This document shows, piece after piece, positions 1-11,734 of a DNA stretch of 64,000 nt. A model generated the notes under the pieces. The model saw nothing but the letters and a program-made list of their open reading frames with translations. It was not told where the DNA came from and did no database searches. The stretch covers positions 124,001 through 188,000 of IMG/VR virus record IMGVR_UViG_3300011693_000001; one strand, 5' to 3'. The stretch's first letter is position 1, and every line of letters starts with the position of its first letter. Origin of the DNA: an uncultured virus (IMG/VR IMGVR_UViG_3300011693_000001) (taxonomy: Duplodnaviria > Heunggongvirae > Uroviricota > Caudoviricetes). Position numbers and translations under genes: made by a program.

Positions 1-337
1 ATTCCTACCCTGACAAGTGATCCTGAATAATGCAAATACACAAACTGGCACCTACGCACATCGCTCAAGTTCTTTATTCTGCCATTCGTGCCGCCGATGA
101 TGCTAATGAGATTATCGAGTCTATTACTCTTACGGATGATGAATTCGCACAGCTGGTAAACTGCGAAACTGTAAAGAGTACCAAGAGCAAGTGGTATGGC
201 TCTAATGAAGGCGGCTTCGTTATGACCGATATCCTAATGCGTGATATCACCATCAGCGAAGGCGGAAAGAATCGTGTCGAGCGTCTTCCTGTTTCCTGCT
301 ATTTCTGTGGCGTTAAAATAACTAGGGGTTCCATTTA

Positions 338-1117
338 ATGTTTACTCGTGAAATGCTGATCGAAATGCTGACTATTCAGAATGAACTGAATTGCGGCATG
401 GCTGGTACATCTTGGCTGACCTCTGATAATCGCACTCGCCCTTTCTATCGAGCCGCTTATCTGGAATCTGCTGAAGGTATCGATCACTACGGTTGGAAGT
501 GGTGGAAGCGTTTTGATCGCTCTGCCAACATCGGCCAAGTGAAACTGGAAGTCGTGGATATGCTGCTGTTCGTTCTCAGTGACGAACTGCGTGATGTTTT
601 CCAAGCTCAAGTTTCCGCTGCTGAAGATGAAGGCAAGAGCATCGAATGTTATGAAGATGGCATGCCTACTCAGGCGTGCGTCAATCAGATCATCGAATTG
701 ACCGCTCAGCGTATCATCGAGAAAGGTATCATCGATCTACCGGAAAGCACGGATGAAGACCTGTTCGTTCTGGTGTCTGAGCAGTTCATCGCACAAACTA
801 TCATCCGTCGCAGTGCAACTGTCCGTAATTGGGGCGCACTGGCGGATGCGCTTAACCTCACTCTTGAAGAAGCTGGCTTGTGGTATATCGGCAAATGCTG
901 CTTGAACTTCCTGCGTGACGGTAACGGCCAGAAAGAAGGCACCTACGTTAAAAATTGGTGGGGTGTCGAAGACAACATTTATCTGGAGAGACTTATCAAT
1001 GCTATTCGCACTGGTAGTTATCCTATTCAAGATGGTGATCTTCGTGGAACAATCTTTGCTCATCTGCAAGAGCAATACCGTCGGCTTATGTCCGGCGAAC
1101 CTGCACTGGAAGTCTAA
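338..1117 (+). CDS. dut: Dimeric (all-alpha) dUTP diphosphatase
   Basis: Motifs E..E.IDHYGWKWWK, QVKLEVVD, YIGK..LNFLR...G.KEGTY.K.W.G.EDN typical of the Campylobacter-type dUTPase_2 family. Confidence 0.85.
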   Translation: MFTREMLIEMLTIQNELNCGMAGTSWLTSDNRTRPFYRAAYLESAEGIDHYGWKWWKRFDRSANIGQVKLEVVDMLLFVLSDELRDVFQAQVSAAEDEGKSIECYEDGMPTQACVNQIIELTAQRIIEKGIIDLPESTDEDLFVLVSEQFIAQTIIRRSATVRNWGALADALNLTLEEAGLWYIGKCCLNFLRDGNGQKEGTYVKNWWGVEDNIYLERLINAIRTGSYPIQDGDLRGTIFAHLQEQYRRLMSGEPALEV

Positions 1118-1135
1118 CTTCTGGTGATGCAGTAG

Positions 1136-1172
1136 AAAAGGGCGAGCTTCTTTACCGAGGCTACGCCCTTTT
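1136..1172. terminator. Intrinsic terminator, possibly bidirectional
   Basis: AAAAGGGCG...CGCCCTTTT inverted repeat after dut. Confidence 0.7.
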
Positions 1173-1284
1173 CGCGTTTCTGCCTTACGTTCACAAACTT
1201 ATCTCAAGTTAAACTACGACCGGAACCCTTGAGCAGTTTCTATATACTCGGCAACTGGCGTGCGGTGATCCCTGAAGAAAAATG

Positions 1285-1385
1285 TTGCCTTCCGTTTCCT
1301 GTTGTGGTAAACTGGTGCCAAGGAAAACGCCGGGAGAACGGCTATATGGTTCTTCCCGTAGTTAAGGTTCCAGTCGTAGTTAAAC
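1285..1385 (+). promoter_or_regulatory. Sigma70 promoter A plus conserved leader element
   Basis: TTGCCT(1285)-17nt-TAAACT(1308) with extended TG; CCAAGG at 1318; 18-nt repeats at 1348-1365 and 1366-1383. Confidence 0.75.
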
Positions 1386-1716
1386 AACGAGGTAAGTATG
1401 GCAAAAGTATCCCACGCTCTTGTTCGCCCGCTGGCTCAACTTGTCTGCGATGGTTGTCTCGACATAACCAGCTTCGTCGACGAACTCAAACGAAACAGGC
1501 TTATTGTTTCTTCCGTTGAATTGTCGACAGCTCCGTTGCTCGATCATATGTCACGCGCAGTAGAGGTGAAGCCTTATATCGTTGCCTGTATCGTGCATGA
1601 AGATGCGCCGCACTCGGAGCCTGTGTGTTACGCTCTACAAACACCGCAACCTGTTTAAACAAAATCTGAGGCCGGGCAACTGGCCTTTAACTCTCCGAAT
1701 AAGTTAAGGCGAGAAA

Positions 1717-2181
1717 ATGCTGAACCACATGATAACAGAGCCTGATATTTTCCAGAAAGCTGTTGCTCGCTCTTTGGATTACGCGGCCCAAGGATTTCCC
1801 GGTTGCGATAGTGAGCTGATCGATATCCTGCCTAAACTAAATGCGCTGCCCGGTATCGCTACGCTGTGGAGTTGTGCGAGCCATGTAGAAGTTAGCGGTT
1901 CGGATAATCAGTTCTACATCGCCGTGGCTGTAACGGAAGAAGGTATGCGCCACATGGTTAGCATATACGAGGAACTTTCTCGCATCGCGCAGCCGAAACT
2001 GGATGATGAGACAGGCTGTTCACTCCGTTTGGAATTCAGTCGCCTGATCGCTGGTTTGTTTGAGCGACCCGATGTTCGCTACAATATCATGGCTATCGAC
2101 TGTCTTGTCAGTGATGCTGATAACAAATGGGCGCTTCTTGATTCTCTGGCAGAAGCACTAACTAATTACAGGCCCAAATGA
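1717..2181 (+). CDS. Hypothetical protein, possible TYW3-like fold
   Basis: LN.LPG..T.WSC.SH motif. Confidence 0.3.
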   Translation: MLNHMITEPDIFQKAVARSLDYAAQGFPGCDSELIDILPKLNALPGIATLWSCASHVEVSGSDNQFYIAVAVTEEGMRHMVSIYEELSRIAQPKLDDETGCSLRLEFSRLIAGLFERPDVRYNIMAIDCLVSDADNKWALLDSLAEALTNYRPK

Positions 2182-2945
2182 TGAACCTAGAAAGCTTTTT
2201 GTTTGGAGGGTTCATCGACGAACACCGTACGAAGAAGGCGAATCTTCTACTTGCTCGACTGACAGAGAAATATGGTAAGCCCCGCATAGGAACAACACGC
2301 GCTTGTTTCTTCTCCAAACATTTCGTTCTCAAATTCCCGATCAATGATCGTGGTGAGTTCTGCAATGATTGGGGAGGGCAGTGTGTTACTGAAGCGGAAC
2401 TCAGCACATACCCATATTGCCACATCCTTCACAAGAACAAAATCATTGAGCTGTTTTAAGGAGAACACTATGAAAAATCGACCAAAGCAGGGTGCTATCT
2501 ACACCGCCAAACAAATTCTGGAAGAACTGGACCTGATGGACAGTCCGTTCTTCCGGTTCCACCACAACAATGAGATTCAGGTTATCCAAACTTCTCATTG
2601 CGGCGACGGCGCATTGTTGGAAGTTCCCGGCTTCGCTGAATCCCGCTGGCGGTACGAGCGCACAACGGATGAATGGATTCCGTTGTTTATGCTCGACGTG
2701 GATCAGGACATAACGGAATGGGTTGATATGGAACCTGATAATAACCCGTATGTGGACAACAATCGGGTCATGTACGTGACTCCGAAAGGATTCCCCGAGA
2801 GACAATACTACAGCATTGTGGAAGACAAGGTTGTTTCTCCGTTCGGTGCCGTATACGATCTGCCTGTGTTTGACGAACACGGTGAGCGTATCCGCGCTTA
2901 AACAAATCGCCCGCTTTAACCGGCGGGCATCTTCGGTGGCTCAAA

Positions 2946-3086
2946 ATGTATGATCTTAATTGTTTCACCTGCAACGCGCATATCGGCTATGTATATAGCT
3001 CAGCCCCTGTTCATCCGATCAATTGCGTCTCTTGCGGACAAAAAGAGATTGAGGAAGAGCTGAGAAAACAGGAAGAGGAAGGATGA
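2946..3086 (+). CDS. Small zinc-ribbon protein (46 aa, not in ORF track)
   Basis: MYDLNCFTC...INCVSCGQKE; two CxxC; its TGA overlaps the ATG of the next gene. Confidence 0.6.
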   Translation: MYDLNCFTCNAHIGYVYSSAPVHPINCVSCGQKEIEEELRKQEEEG

Positions 3087-5712
3087 ACAAACTATTCAAT
3101 TGGAAAGAACATCCCGCTTCGGTCTTCTACTTAGCGTTTCCGATTGCAGCACTAGCCATTGTGCTTCTGCTCGCACGTGCCGTTATTGAATGGTATGTGA
3201 ATGATAATTGGGGTTACGCTGTGTTGTTTGTGTTCTTCATCGTACTCGGTGTGCTGGCTCTTCTGCCAGCCTACCGTCTCTACACCATCGTTAATCCAAA
3301 GGAGTAACATATGTTTGAACTGGAACTGGAACAAGATCAAGCTAAGCTGCATACCGCAGTCAACAAGCTTCTTGACGAAACCCTGAAAGCAGGGAAGACA
3401 ATCTGTTTTGCTTCTCCGATTGGTTTGCTGAAAACCACTGAGTTTCAAATCATCGATGGGAATTCGATTATCCAAGAGATTCGGGACTATACTTGCTCTA
3501 TTGAGTTCGGCAAAATGTTTGGTACGTGGGTATTCACTGAGTTCGGTGACGGTTATTGTGTGTTTTCCAGATTGGCAGAAGACATTATCACCGCCTCTGC
3601 TATTGAGGATGGTCAATATCCGCGTGTAACTTCCGGTGGAGATTTCTGGCCCTAACTTATTCTCATGGCGATTCTTCCGAGTCGCCATCGGAATAGTGCT
3701 ATGTGGTTATCGACTCGCTGCTTAGTGCTACTTCTGAGAGTCGAATGGAGAAACTGTTATGCATCCTGCTGATTGGAAAAAACTTGAGTCTGCGACTCTG
3801 AAAATTCTGACTGATGCGCAAGCTATGCAGAAGCGAATTGTTATCGTGAATGCTAGCGACTTTTTTGAAAGCTGCCGTTTCGCTTTCTTGAAACGCAAAG
3901 ACTTTCGTTGCAGCGTTGACGATTATCTGGCAACAACCGCTTTCCGTAAGGAAGAACTCGGGCAGTGGTTGTATGTGAACTACGAGAATGAGTATGATCT
4001 TTTCGTGAATCTCATGCCGCACGATACCGATATCAAACGTCCTTGGCTTCAGAGTCTGATCGACAGTCCTGATGTTGTCATGCAAGGATTTTCCAAGGTG
4101 AAGCTACCCGAACCTGATCCTTCATTCCACATAAAGTTTGCTTCGGGAGAAGAAGAAACCATCCACGGCTACGTGAATCTATCTGAAGCGCTTGAAGCCA
4201 TCGAGAATGAACCACGCTTTGCGAAATATGGATCGGTTGTCTCGATTAATCTGATCGAACGGTGATTCAATCGCGGCTCTTCGGGGCCGCATCTTCTACC
4301 GAGGTGTGTAATGGAAATTCTCGAAGCCACTGTTCTTGTCGGTATTGGAACAGACAACGTACGTTTGCTAACTAATCTGCCTCAACCTATTTGGCCCTTC
4401 GATGGTAATCTGACGATGCAATTTGAAGTGGCGAAAGGTGATGGTGTTGAGTATGTGAGCAAACACTTTAAGCTGGAACCTGAAGTAATCAAAATGGCTG
4501 GAGCTTAACATGATCGTTTCTTCTGTCCGTGTAAACATGAATGCCATCGTTCAGTTCCGTTTGACTGAGGAAGGCGAGCGTGCGTGGAAAGAGATTGCAG
4601 AGACTGAAGCCCGTATCTACAAACTAAACACGCCGCGAGAAATCCCCTACTATGATGGTTCGCAGAAACTCATACGCATGACACTGTGGGATTTCGCAAA
4701 CTTTCTTGGCGAGAGGTTTATCATAGGCGGACCTCTGTTGATTCAAGACAACGAGATTGAAATCTTCGGCCCTGAAGGTGAAGTATGACCGTTAAGTTCC
4801 TGCATCATGGCAACAGAAAACTCTCAACTTGAGATTGTTATCTCGGAAGAATTTTGGAGTGCAACATGAACCTGTATGAGTTCAAACTGGAACGTCATTA
4901 CGAAGACGGTAGCGTCAAAGCTACTGATTACCAGATTCCTGCAACTTCGGAAACTGATGCTCTTATTTCGCTAGGCCGCACGTATCACGGCGATGACTAC
5001 GATGTTAAGGTTGTCAGTTGTGAACTTGTTCGCATTGGCGAAGGTACGGAGCTGGACAATTTCCGCAAGCTTGCCTTCAAGCTGAAAAAGGAGTTCGAAG
5101 CGGAGCGTGGAGATATCACCTGTGAGTTTTCCACGACGACTGATGACCTTCGAGCTAAGTGGAAAATTCTTCAGATGGATCAACCAGAAAACGGCCACTG
5201 GCATCTGCACGTTTGTTCAGTATGTATTTCTGACTCTCCAACCCATATCATCCACTGTGAAATTATCCGAAACGAGTAATTACGGGAATGGGCATTGGCA
5301 ACAGTGCCCATTGGTAATCACTCCAACATAAGCTGGGAGGTTGTATGGAAATCAGTTTCCAAGAAAGTGATCTTGTTAGAATCATATCCCGCATCGTTCT
5401 GCGCAATGTACGCCACCGCCTAGAAGAGACTGGTTTGTCTGTACCTGATAACTTATCAGTTGTGTGGACAGCTAAAGGGTTTTGCCATGTAACCGTGAAC
5501 AATATCACCCTGCGAATTCCGTATCTGGATCAGATGGTAACTAATCGCAGTTTGCCATTTAGCCTAATTGAAAACCAAGGAGAGTAAGATGGAAACCAAA
5601 ATCTCGGAATCTACACTAGCACTAGCCAAGGCGGTTATCCCCAACTTTCAGGGCCACTGTAAAAATATGCTAGTGATGCGAAAACACCGATAGCTGTCCT
5701 TGCAGAAAAAGC

Positions 5713-5813
5713 TTGACCCTACCAGATAGATGTTGCTATACTGAACCCAAGGCGACGACGGGGACACAGCCATTTGGTTCTGACCGTTGTTAAGGTTCCA
5801 GCTGTAGTTAAAC
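5713..5813 (+). promoter_or_regulatory. Sigma70 promoter B plus conserved leader element
   Basis: TTGACC(5713)-18nt-TATACT(5737) with extended TG; CCAAGG at 5747; repeats at 5776-5793 and 5794-5811. Confidence 0.8.
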
Positions 5814-5825
5814 TAGGGAATAAGT

Positions 5826-6182
5826 ATGTACGTCTATCGGTTAGAAGACCCTGCGGGTAATGGGCCGTTTTACGGTAAGCAAACTATCGCCACATACTTG
5901 CATAGCCACAATGATCCTACAGTGCATCATATGCTGGCTTCGATCAAACACACTCGGCGCCAGTTTGATCGTTACCTCAAAGACTACGTGTTCGGTTGGA
6001 GTACGAAAAAGCAAGCGCTCGCGTTTGTTCGGAAGAATCGCCGTAACGTTGTTCATATGTTGGGGTGGCGTATCAACCGCTACAGTGTTTACAAACACAG
6101 TGTTGTTCGCTTTCACGATGGTCAAGTCATGTTCATCCGCGAACGCGCTGTTCACGACCAAACAATTTCCGTAACTGGATAA
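5826..6182 (+). CDS. Early hypothetical protein, possible ADP-ribosyltransferase-like fold
   Basis: First gene after promoter B; VYRLE...FGWST...GQVMF pattern. Confidence 0.3.
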   Translation: MYVYRLEDPAGNGPFYGKQTIATYLHSHNDPTVHHMLASIKHTRRQFDRYLKDYVFGWSTKKQALAFVRKNRRNVVHMLGWRINRYSVYKHSVVRFHDGQVMFIRERAVHDQTISVTG

Positions 6183-6267
6183 AGGTGTTACGATGACTTT
6201 CTCGCTAATCACCTAAAAGCAAAAACGCTTTCAAACTAAAATTATTCTTGGATAGGGGAATATCCTA

Positions 6268-6711
6268 ATGGCTCGTAAATCATCTGGCTGTGTTGTTTAC
6301 CGTATCAACGAAGAACTGGCGACGATGGAAATTCTGCTGGTCAAATCTAGGCAGGGTAAGAATTGGGTTTTCCCGAAAGGTGGCGTTGAGCCTGATCTGA
6401 CTTCGCGTGAATCTGCCGCGAAAGAAGTTTACGAAGAAGCTGGCGTGCGCGGCGTTGTCGGTCAGAAACTCGGCATGTACCGTTACGTGAAAAATGACCA
6501 GATGCAGAAAGTTACCATGTACGCCATGCGTTACACTGGCGAAGCTGCTGACTGGCCGGAAGAAGGTCTGCGTGAGCGCAAGTGGTTTGCTGTTGAAAAA
6601 GCGATGAACAAAGTTAGCGAATTCCTCGCGCCGTTCATTCGTGACGTTATGAAGATGAGCCTTGAGAATGAAATGAAAGGTCTGGAAGACCCAACCTCAT
6701 TTGACGAATAA
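6268..6711 (+). CDS. NUDIX hydrolase
   Basis: Nudix box PKGGVEPDLTSRESAAKEVYEEAGV. Confidence 0.93.
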   Translation: MARKSSGCVVYRINEELATMEILLVKSRQGKNWVFPKGGVEPDLTSRESAAKEVYEEAGVRGVVGQKLGMYRYVKNDQMQKVTMYAMRYTGEAADWPEEGLRERKWFAVEKAMNKVSEFLAPFIRDVMKMSLENEMKGLEDPTSFDE

Positions 6712-7127
6712 CGTCGCACATTCTATTGAATAACTCCGCATAAGCTAAGGGGTAAACATGGAAACTAAAGAAGTATCGTATCGTCGTCGTGTAGTTGCAA
6801 CCATGTATCGCGGCAAATCCAAGGAAGTGATTCTGGTCCGTCACTTCGCCTACTTCGACACCGCAATGCCACGTGTTGTTCAGCTCGCAATCAGCTACGG
6901 TAACGAAGGTGACTTCGTTGAGTTCCACAGTCAAGAGTTTGGTTTTCAGATTGGTGTGTTGCAGATCAAGAAAGGCAACCGCTTTGATATCGAAATGAGT
7001 CCGATTGTAAAATCCAGCCCGAGCCTGTTGAAGTTAATGAGCGAATCGAAGACGCTCTGAGGAACAACATGAACACCACTGACTACGCACACTTCACTTT
7101 CTGAAGGCACTTTATAGGAATACGAAC

Positions 7128-7502
7128 ATGGAATTTACAAGCAGTATGATCGTGGCTCTCAGCGGATTGACTGCCATGTTCATCACAACGTTTCTTCGCG
7201 GTTTTTAGAACAAGAACGTAGCGGGCGGCCACAAGCTACTAGCGTTTTTCTGTGGCGGGGCGATGACATTGTTCGAAGGTGTTGTCATCGCATTGATCGC
7301 GCAGTCTGGTAAAGAACTCATCTTCTTTACTGCGCTTGGAAGTGCTTTCGGTTGGGTATGCGGCATGTTTGTCCACGAGTGGATCATGCACAAGAAGATC
7401 AAAGCGGCTAAGAAAGCCAAGAAGACCAAGCGTCAAAACAAACTTGAGGCACTTATCGAAGAACGCCTCGAAGAACGCCTAAAGGAACTAGGAGTCGCCT
7501 AA
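7128..7502 (+). pseudogene. Membrane protein gene interrupted by an in-frame TAG (paralog of 10205..10606)
   Basis: ATG 7128 with RBS; MF.TTFLRGF[TAG 7206-7208]NKNVAGG aligns with TTFLRGFQNKNVAGG of the paralog, which has CAG. Confidence 0.8.
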
Positions 7503-7748
7503 TGCACTATTTGCTTATCTTCTGGACTAATCATTCTGGTCCAGAAATTTTTCTAATCGAGAACGCTTTGGCAGAAGATGTTCGCGCGATTGAAGGACTG
7601 ATTGACCTAAAGGAGCCGGAAGCTAAGCAAAAAGCTGTAAACGAGTTTATGAAAAAGTGCTATTCGCACGCACGGTGCACGTACAAACCAGATGACTGCC
7701 TACTAAACGGCAGCGTTCGCATCGTCAACTTTTACTAGGAGGTACACA

Positions 7749-8240
7749 ATGGTAACTAAAACTTATCCCGGCAAGCGGAAAAAGTCACAACTGAACTCTC
7801 TGGAGTCGTTTTTGGCACATAAGCTCCTGCTCGACCACAATGACCTTCAAGTGATCATGAAGGCTGTCAAGGACTGGTTAGCCAACAGCCAGTTCGGACA
7901 ATCTGTGCGAGTTCTGCACGATAGCATAAATGCGGCGCGAGAAGATAAGGACTCCCTATCAGCCCTTCTGCGTGACGCAGGCGTTGAGATTCCTACATCG
8001 CGTATCGTAGAATCGTTGGAGATAATCGACAACGTTATGAGCGAAAGCCAACTCGATTCGCTGTATGCGGAACTCAATAAAGCAGAACAACAACGGAATG
8101 CCATTCTCGACATTCAAGGTGATTATCCGGACGTCAAGGTTCCGAAGGTTCTCACCGCTCGAATCAATGAACTCAACACTACCATTCGTGAAATGAAGGC
8201 CAAGTACCCTGACTTCGCCTATCCAGCAATCGTAGGTTAA
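7749..8240 (+). CDS. Hypothetical coiled-coil protein (paralog of 16002..16565)
   Basis: Shared C-terminal Y..(V/M)(K/R)VP..L...YP(D/E)F. Confidence 0.6.
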   Translation: MVTKTYPGKRKKSQLNSLESFLAHKLLLDHNDLQVIMKAVKDWLANSQFGQSVRVLHDSINAAREDKDSLSALLRDAGVEIPTSRIVESLEIIDNVMSESQLDSLYAELNKAEQQRNAILDIQGDYPDVKVPKVLTARINELNTTIREMKAKYPDFAYPAIVG

Positions 8241-10204
8241 CGCAAAATGCCAATGTCATTCCCAGATATGGAATCTCTGCAAAGTCGTGCGAAGCAACGC
8301 GGCTTCCGTCAACCTAACGAAGGTGAGACAGAGGCAGAGTACCGCACCGCCTTTGCCGACTTCATGGTAAATGTGGATCGAGTTGAGTCCGTTGAAATCC
8401 GCAACAAACTCGGCTGGGATCAGCAAGACCCGCGAGCTATGTTGGAAGCTATGGGCATCTTCCCTAAGTCAGTCTAAAAGAATAGGTGTACTTTGAGCAA
8501 ACATGAATTTAAAGCTTACTCGCAGTCTGTTTGTTTGCCTGATTCGTGCTCAGGTGGTCCTAACCTAGAGTACGCCATGCATGCATTCTACGGTGATTTA
8601 GCGGCCATGCATTCTAATGCAATCAAGAAGGTTGAGCGTCGGATAGCCGCTTTGGAAAAACGGCTGGGACAACAAGCTGTAGATAAATCCTACCTGTCCG
8701 GCTTTACTGTGAAGGATGGGAAAACTTATCTACAAGTCCGCATTGTCTTTCGACTGAAACTTAAACTTCAAGCGGTCAAATGAGAAGTTAACCTACGGTT
8801 TGCTTCGACCCTTCAAAACATAACTTCCAGAAAGGAACGCTATCATGCTTTGGTTTACTGTTTTGTTTGGCCCCATTGTTTTCGGTTTCCTTCACTATAA
8901 CTTCGGCCAGCAGCCGTGGTTGCTGAATATGGCAAACAACGATCCGGTGTTTGCCTATTTGCTCACTGTAATCTTTTACTACACCGTTCTTGGTTCGGTT
9001 TATCTTCTGCGCTGGTGCATCGCGCGCCGGACTAAAACTATTCTCCGCTAAAATAAGGTGAACAAAATGGCCAACGCTGCCGCTCTTCTTGTTAATGTCA
9101 AGACCAAGCTCGGAAAAACTGTGCCGGACTACGCTAAGAAACTCTCTGCCGATCCTACTGGTGGGAACATGGCACGTGCTGAGCGCGAGTTGTTTGATCT
9201 GTTGACCTCGATGCGTAACAGCACTCGAAAAGAGTTGTTTGCACAAGATACCCGCTTGCAGGTTTGGTTCGCTGATCAAACGTGTGATGCTTGATATGGA
9301 AGAAATTCTCATACCAGTAGATGCAAAAGCTCTACAACGTATTCTCGAAGCTCTGTACGGTCCACCTCATCTGATTCGAGAACTTCAGGCAACTGTTTCG
9401 TTACCTGACAATCCGATAGAGAAGATACGCGAACAGTACAATACTTTTGTTTTGGCTAGGAGGGAGAACCTTTCATGCGAACCTTCATCGACGACGTAGA
9501 GAACAAGGTGTTTCGTTATTCTGCCTACCGCTTGTATACAGATGGCGGTTATCACATAAATATCTTCGGCGCTAAGCATCTGGATGAAGCTAAAGAGGAT
9601 GCTCTGCTTGTGAAAGAACATTTGCATATCGAGAAAGTCCATTCGATAAACGAGGGTCACTATGGGCACCAGTAAGCGGCTAATAAAGATTCGCCCACAT
9701 CGCGGATCGCTAATCGAGTCAATGCGTCAAACTAAAACGATTGAACCTACAGCAGAAGCCGTTGCTTTTGTTATCAATCGCACTGATGGCTTTGAAGGTT
9801 TCATAGCTGAGTGTTTGCCCGGAGACGTTACTGTTGAGCCATACGCAAACGATGAGCGCGATCCCGAATGGAATCAGACGTACATCGTTAAGTTTCGAGG
9901 GAACGTTTTCGGCTATACTAACGGCCCGCTTGATCCACCGTTGCGTTACGTATGGTTGAATATCGCCACGGGCGAATTCTCTGATTCGTGGCTCGAATCT
10001 GATTGGGGAACCGTAACAAGGGATTCGCTAATAACAGACGCCAAGAAAGATACGCCTCCTGACGCACAGCCAGTTTGGAAATTGATTGAATACCGTTGCC
10101 TGACTGATGACAATTTTCAGTTCGACAGAAATATGAGGCTGCCGTGAGTTAGCGCCGGCAATCTTTTCGATAAACGTGAGATAACTGAATAACCGAGGTT
10201 CATA

Positions 10205-10606
10205 ATGGAAGTATCGTTCGATACACAAGCACTTTTGATTTACGCAACCGCCATTCTAACGATGTTTGCCACTACGTTCCTTCGCGGTTTTCAGAATAAA
10301 AACGTTGCCGGTGGCTACAAGAAACTCGCAGGTATCTTCGGTTACGCGATGGCTGTCTGCGATATGTTAACAGTTGGCTTGATTGTCAAGGGAGGTATGA
10401 GTGTAGCTTTCGTCGGTGCCTTCGGTGCTGCCCTCGGTTGGGTAGTTGGTATGATGGTTCACGATGCCATCTTGCGCAAGCGTCAAAAAGAAGCCTCACG
10501 TTTGAAGAAAGAGAAGAAGCGCACTAAGCGCGAGCAGTATATTCTCAGCTTGATCGAAGAGCGGTTAAACGAACGTGATTTAGAAAAACGAAACTACGAA
10601 GCGTAA
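10205..10606 (+). CDS. Hypothetical membrane protein (about 3 TM plus basic coiled tail)
   Basis: Hydrophobic segments and Lys/Arg-rich C-terminus; GAGG RBS. Confidence 0.7.
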   Translation: MEVSFDTQALLIYATAILTMFATTFLRGFQNKNVAGGYKKLAGIFGYAMAVCDMLTVGLIVKGGMSVAFVGAFGAALGWVVGMMVHDAILRKRQKEASRLKKEKKRTKREQYILSLIEERLNERDLEKRNYEA

Positions 10607-11734
10607 TAATAGCTAAACGTGCATAAAGGAGCTACCGATCATGGTTAAGATCAACGTCGTTAATAAGCCGGTCAATGGGGTAGAGTATGAGTTTGTGGTT
10701 CTCTCCTGTGAATCACCAGCAGCTATCTACTCCATCGAAGTTTCTACGCTGAGCACTACGCTGCGAGCAGACGGTTTAGTAGTTGGGAATTTCCCTTCTC
10801 GCCCCAGCACGAAAGAGCTACTGCGTGTTCATAGTAACCTCGAAGTTGATATTGAATTGTTCCTACAAGAAACAAATGATATCGCTAAGACTCGCATGCT
10901 TACTCAGATGCGTAGCGGCGCTGGTTCCATTATCTGACGGTGGCATAAATGTCTCTGCATAAACTCACGGCTGCTCTAATGCTGACAATGTTCCTGTCGT
11001 ATGTTGGTCTGATAATCTTTGGTGTGTGTTTTCCGCACCGTGTCGTTTTCGGCTTCGAAACTACACGCGATGTTTGCTTCGCACTGACACTGTTGTTTGG
11101 CTTTATCGCTTCTGCCGTTACGGTTAGCGTTATGAGCCTTCGCGTGTTGAATGGCGATGCTGCTTGGTAAAAACAGAGGGCATATAAATGGAAATGTTCA
11201 AAGTAACTTTGGCGGGCGGGCAGGAATATTCGGTAGAATCTGTTCGCGGTAAAGAATCGTTAGAGTTAGTTCTTCAAGGGACAGACGCGACCATCGAGCG
11301 TTATGAAGGTGATCCAATATTCAATTTTCACCTACGGGCACAGGAGAAGGAAGAATTGCTACTTCTGGAAGTTCGAGCGTTGCGCTCCTTCATTGAAGAG
11401 CAAGCCAACCCTAAACGTGCTGTTAAAATACGACTCAATATGTCTGCCGGGCAGGAAACAACGTTCGGTAAGATTCTAGCTAGCTTGTACTACGGTAGAG
11501 GGCATGGTCTTTTGGAACGCGCACCGGGACGTTCAGGGTATCCCCATAACGGCGGTTCTCACACTCTGTACCTAAATGGAGCAGTGGGGAGCATTCTGAA
11601 TTTCTTCGAAGAACTCCAATCTAGTTATCCTAATGCTAAACCCGCACTGGATAATTTGCGCCAACAAATTAAGGATGGTACTAAACCGATCCGGTTGCCG
11701 CACGGCTTCTAATATCCGACTGAGAGTAGCACTT

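Noticed and set aside
1348..1385. 18-nt tandem repeats as a mini-CRISPR array
   Set aside because: Only two abutting units per locus, no spacers and no cas genes; the fixed position after promoters indicates a regulatory role
2178..2459. Kinase-like N-terminus (G..R.CF...VLK.P) with a possible frameshift at TGGGGAG
   Set aside because: No catalytic-loop motifs in either frame; at most a truncated remnant
7206..7208. Genome-wide TAG-to-Gln recoding
   Set aside because: Many genes end in TAG directly before the next RBS, and long genes show no internal TAG
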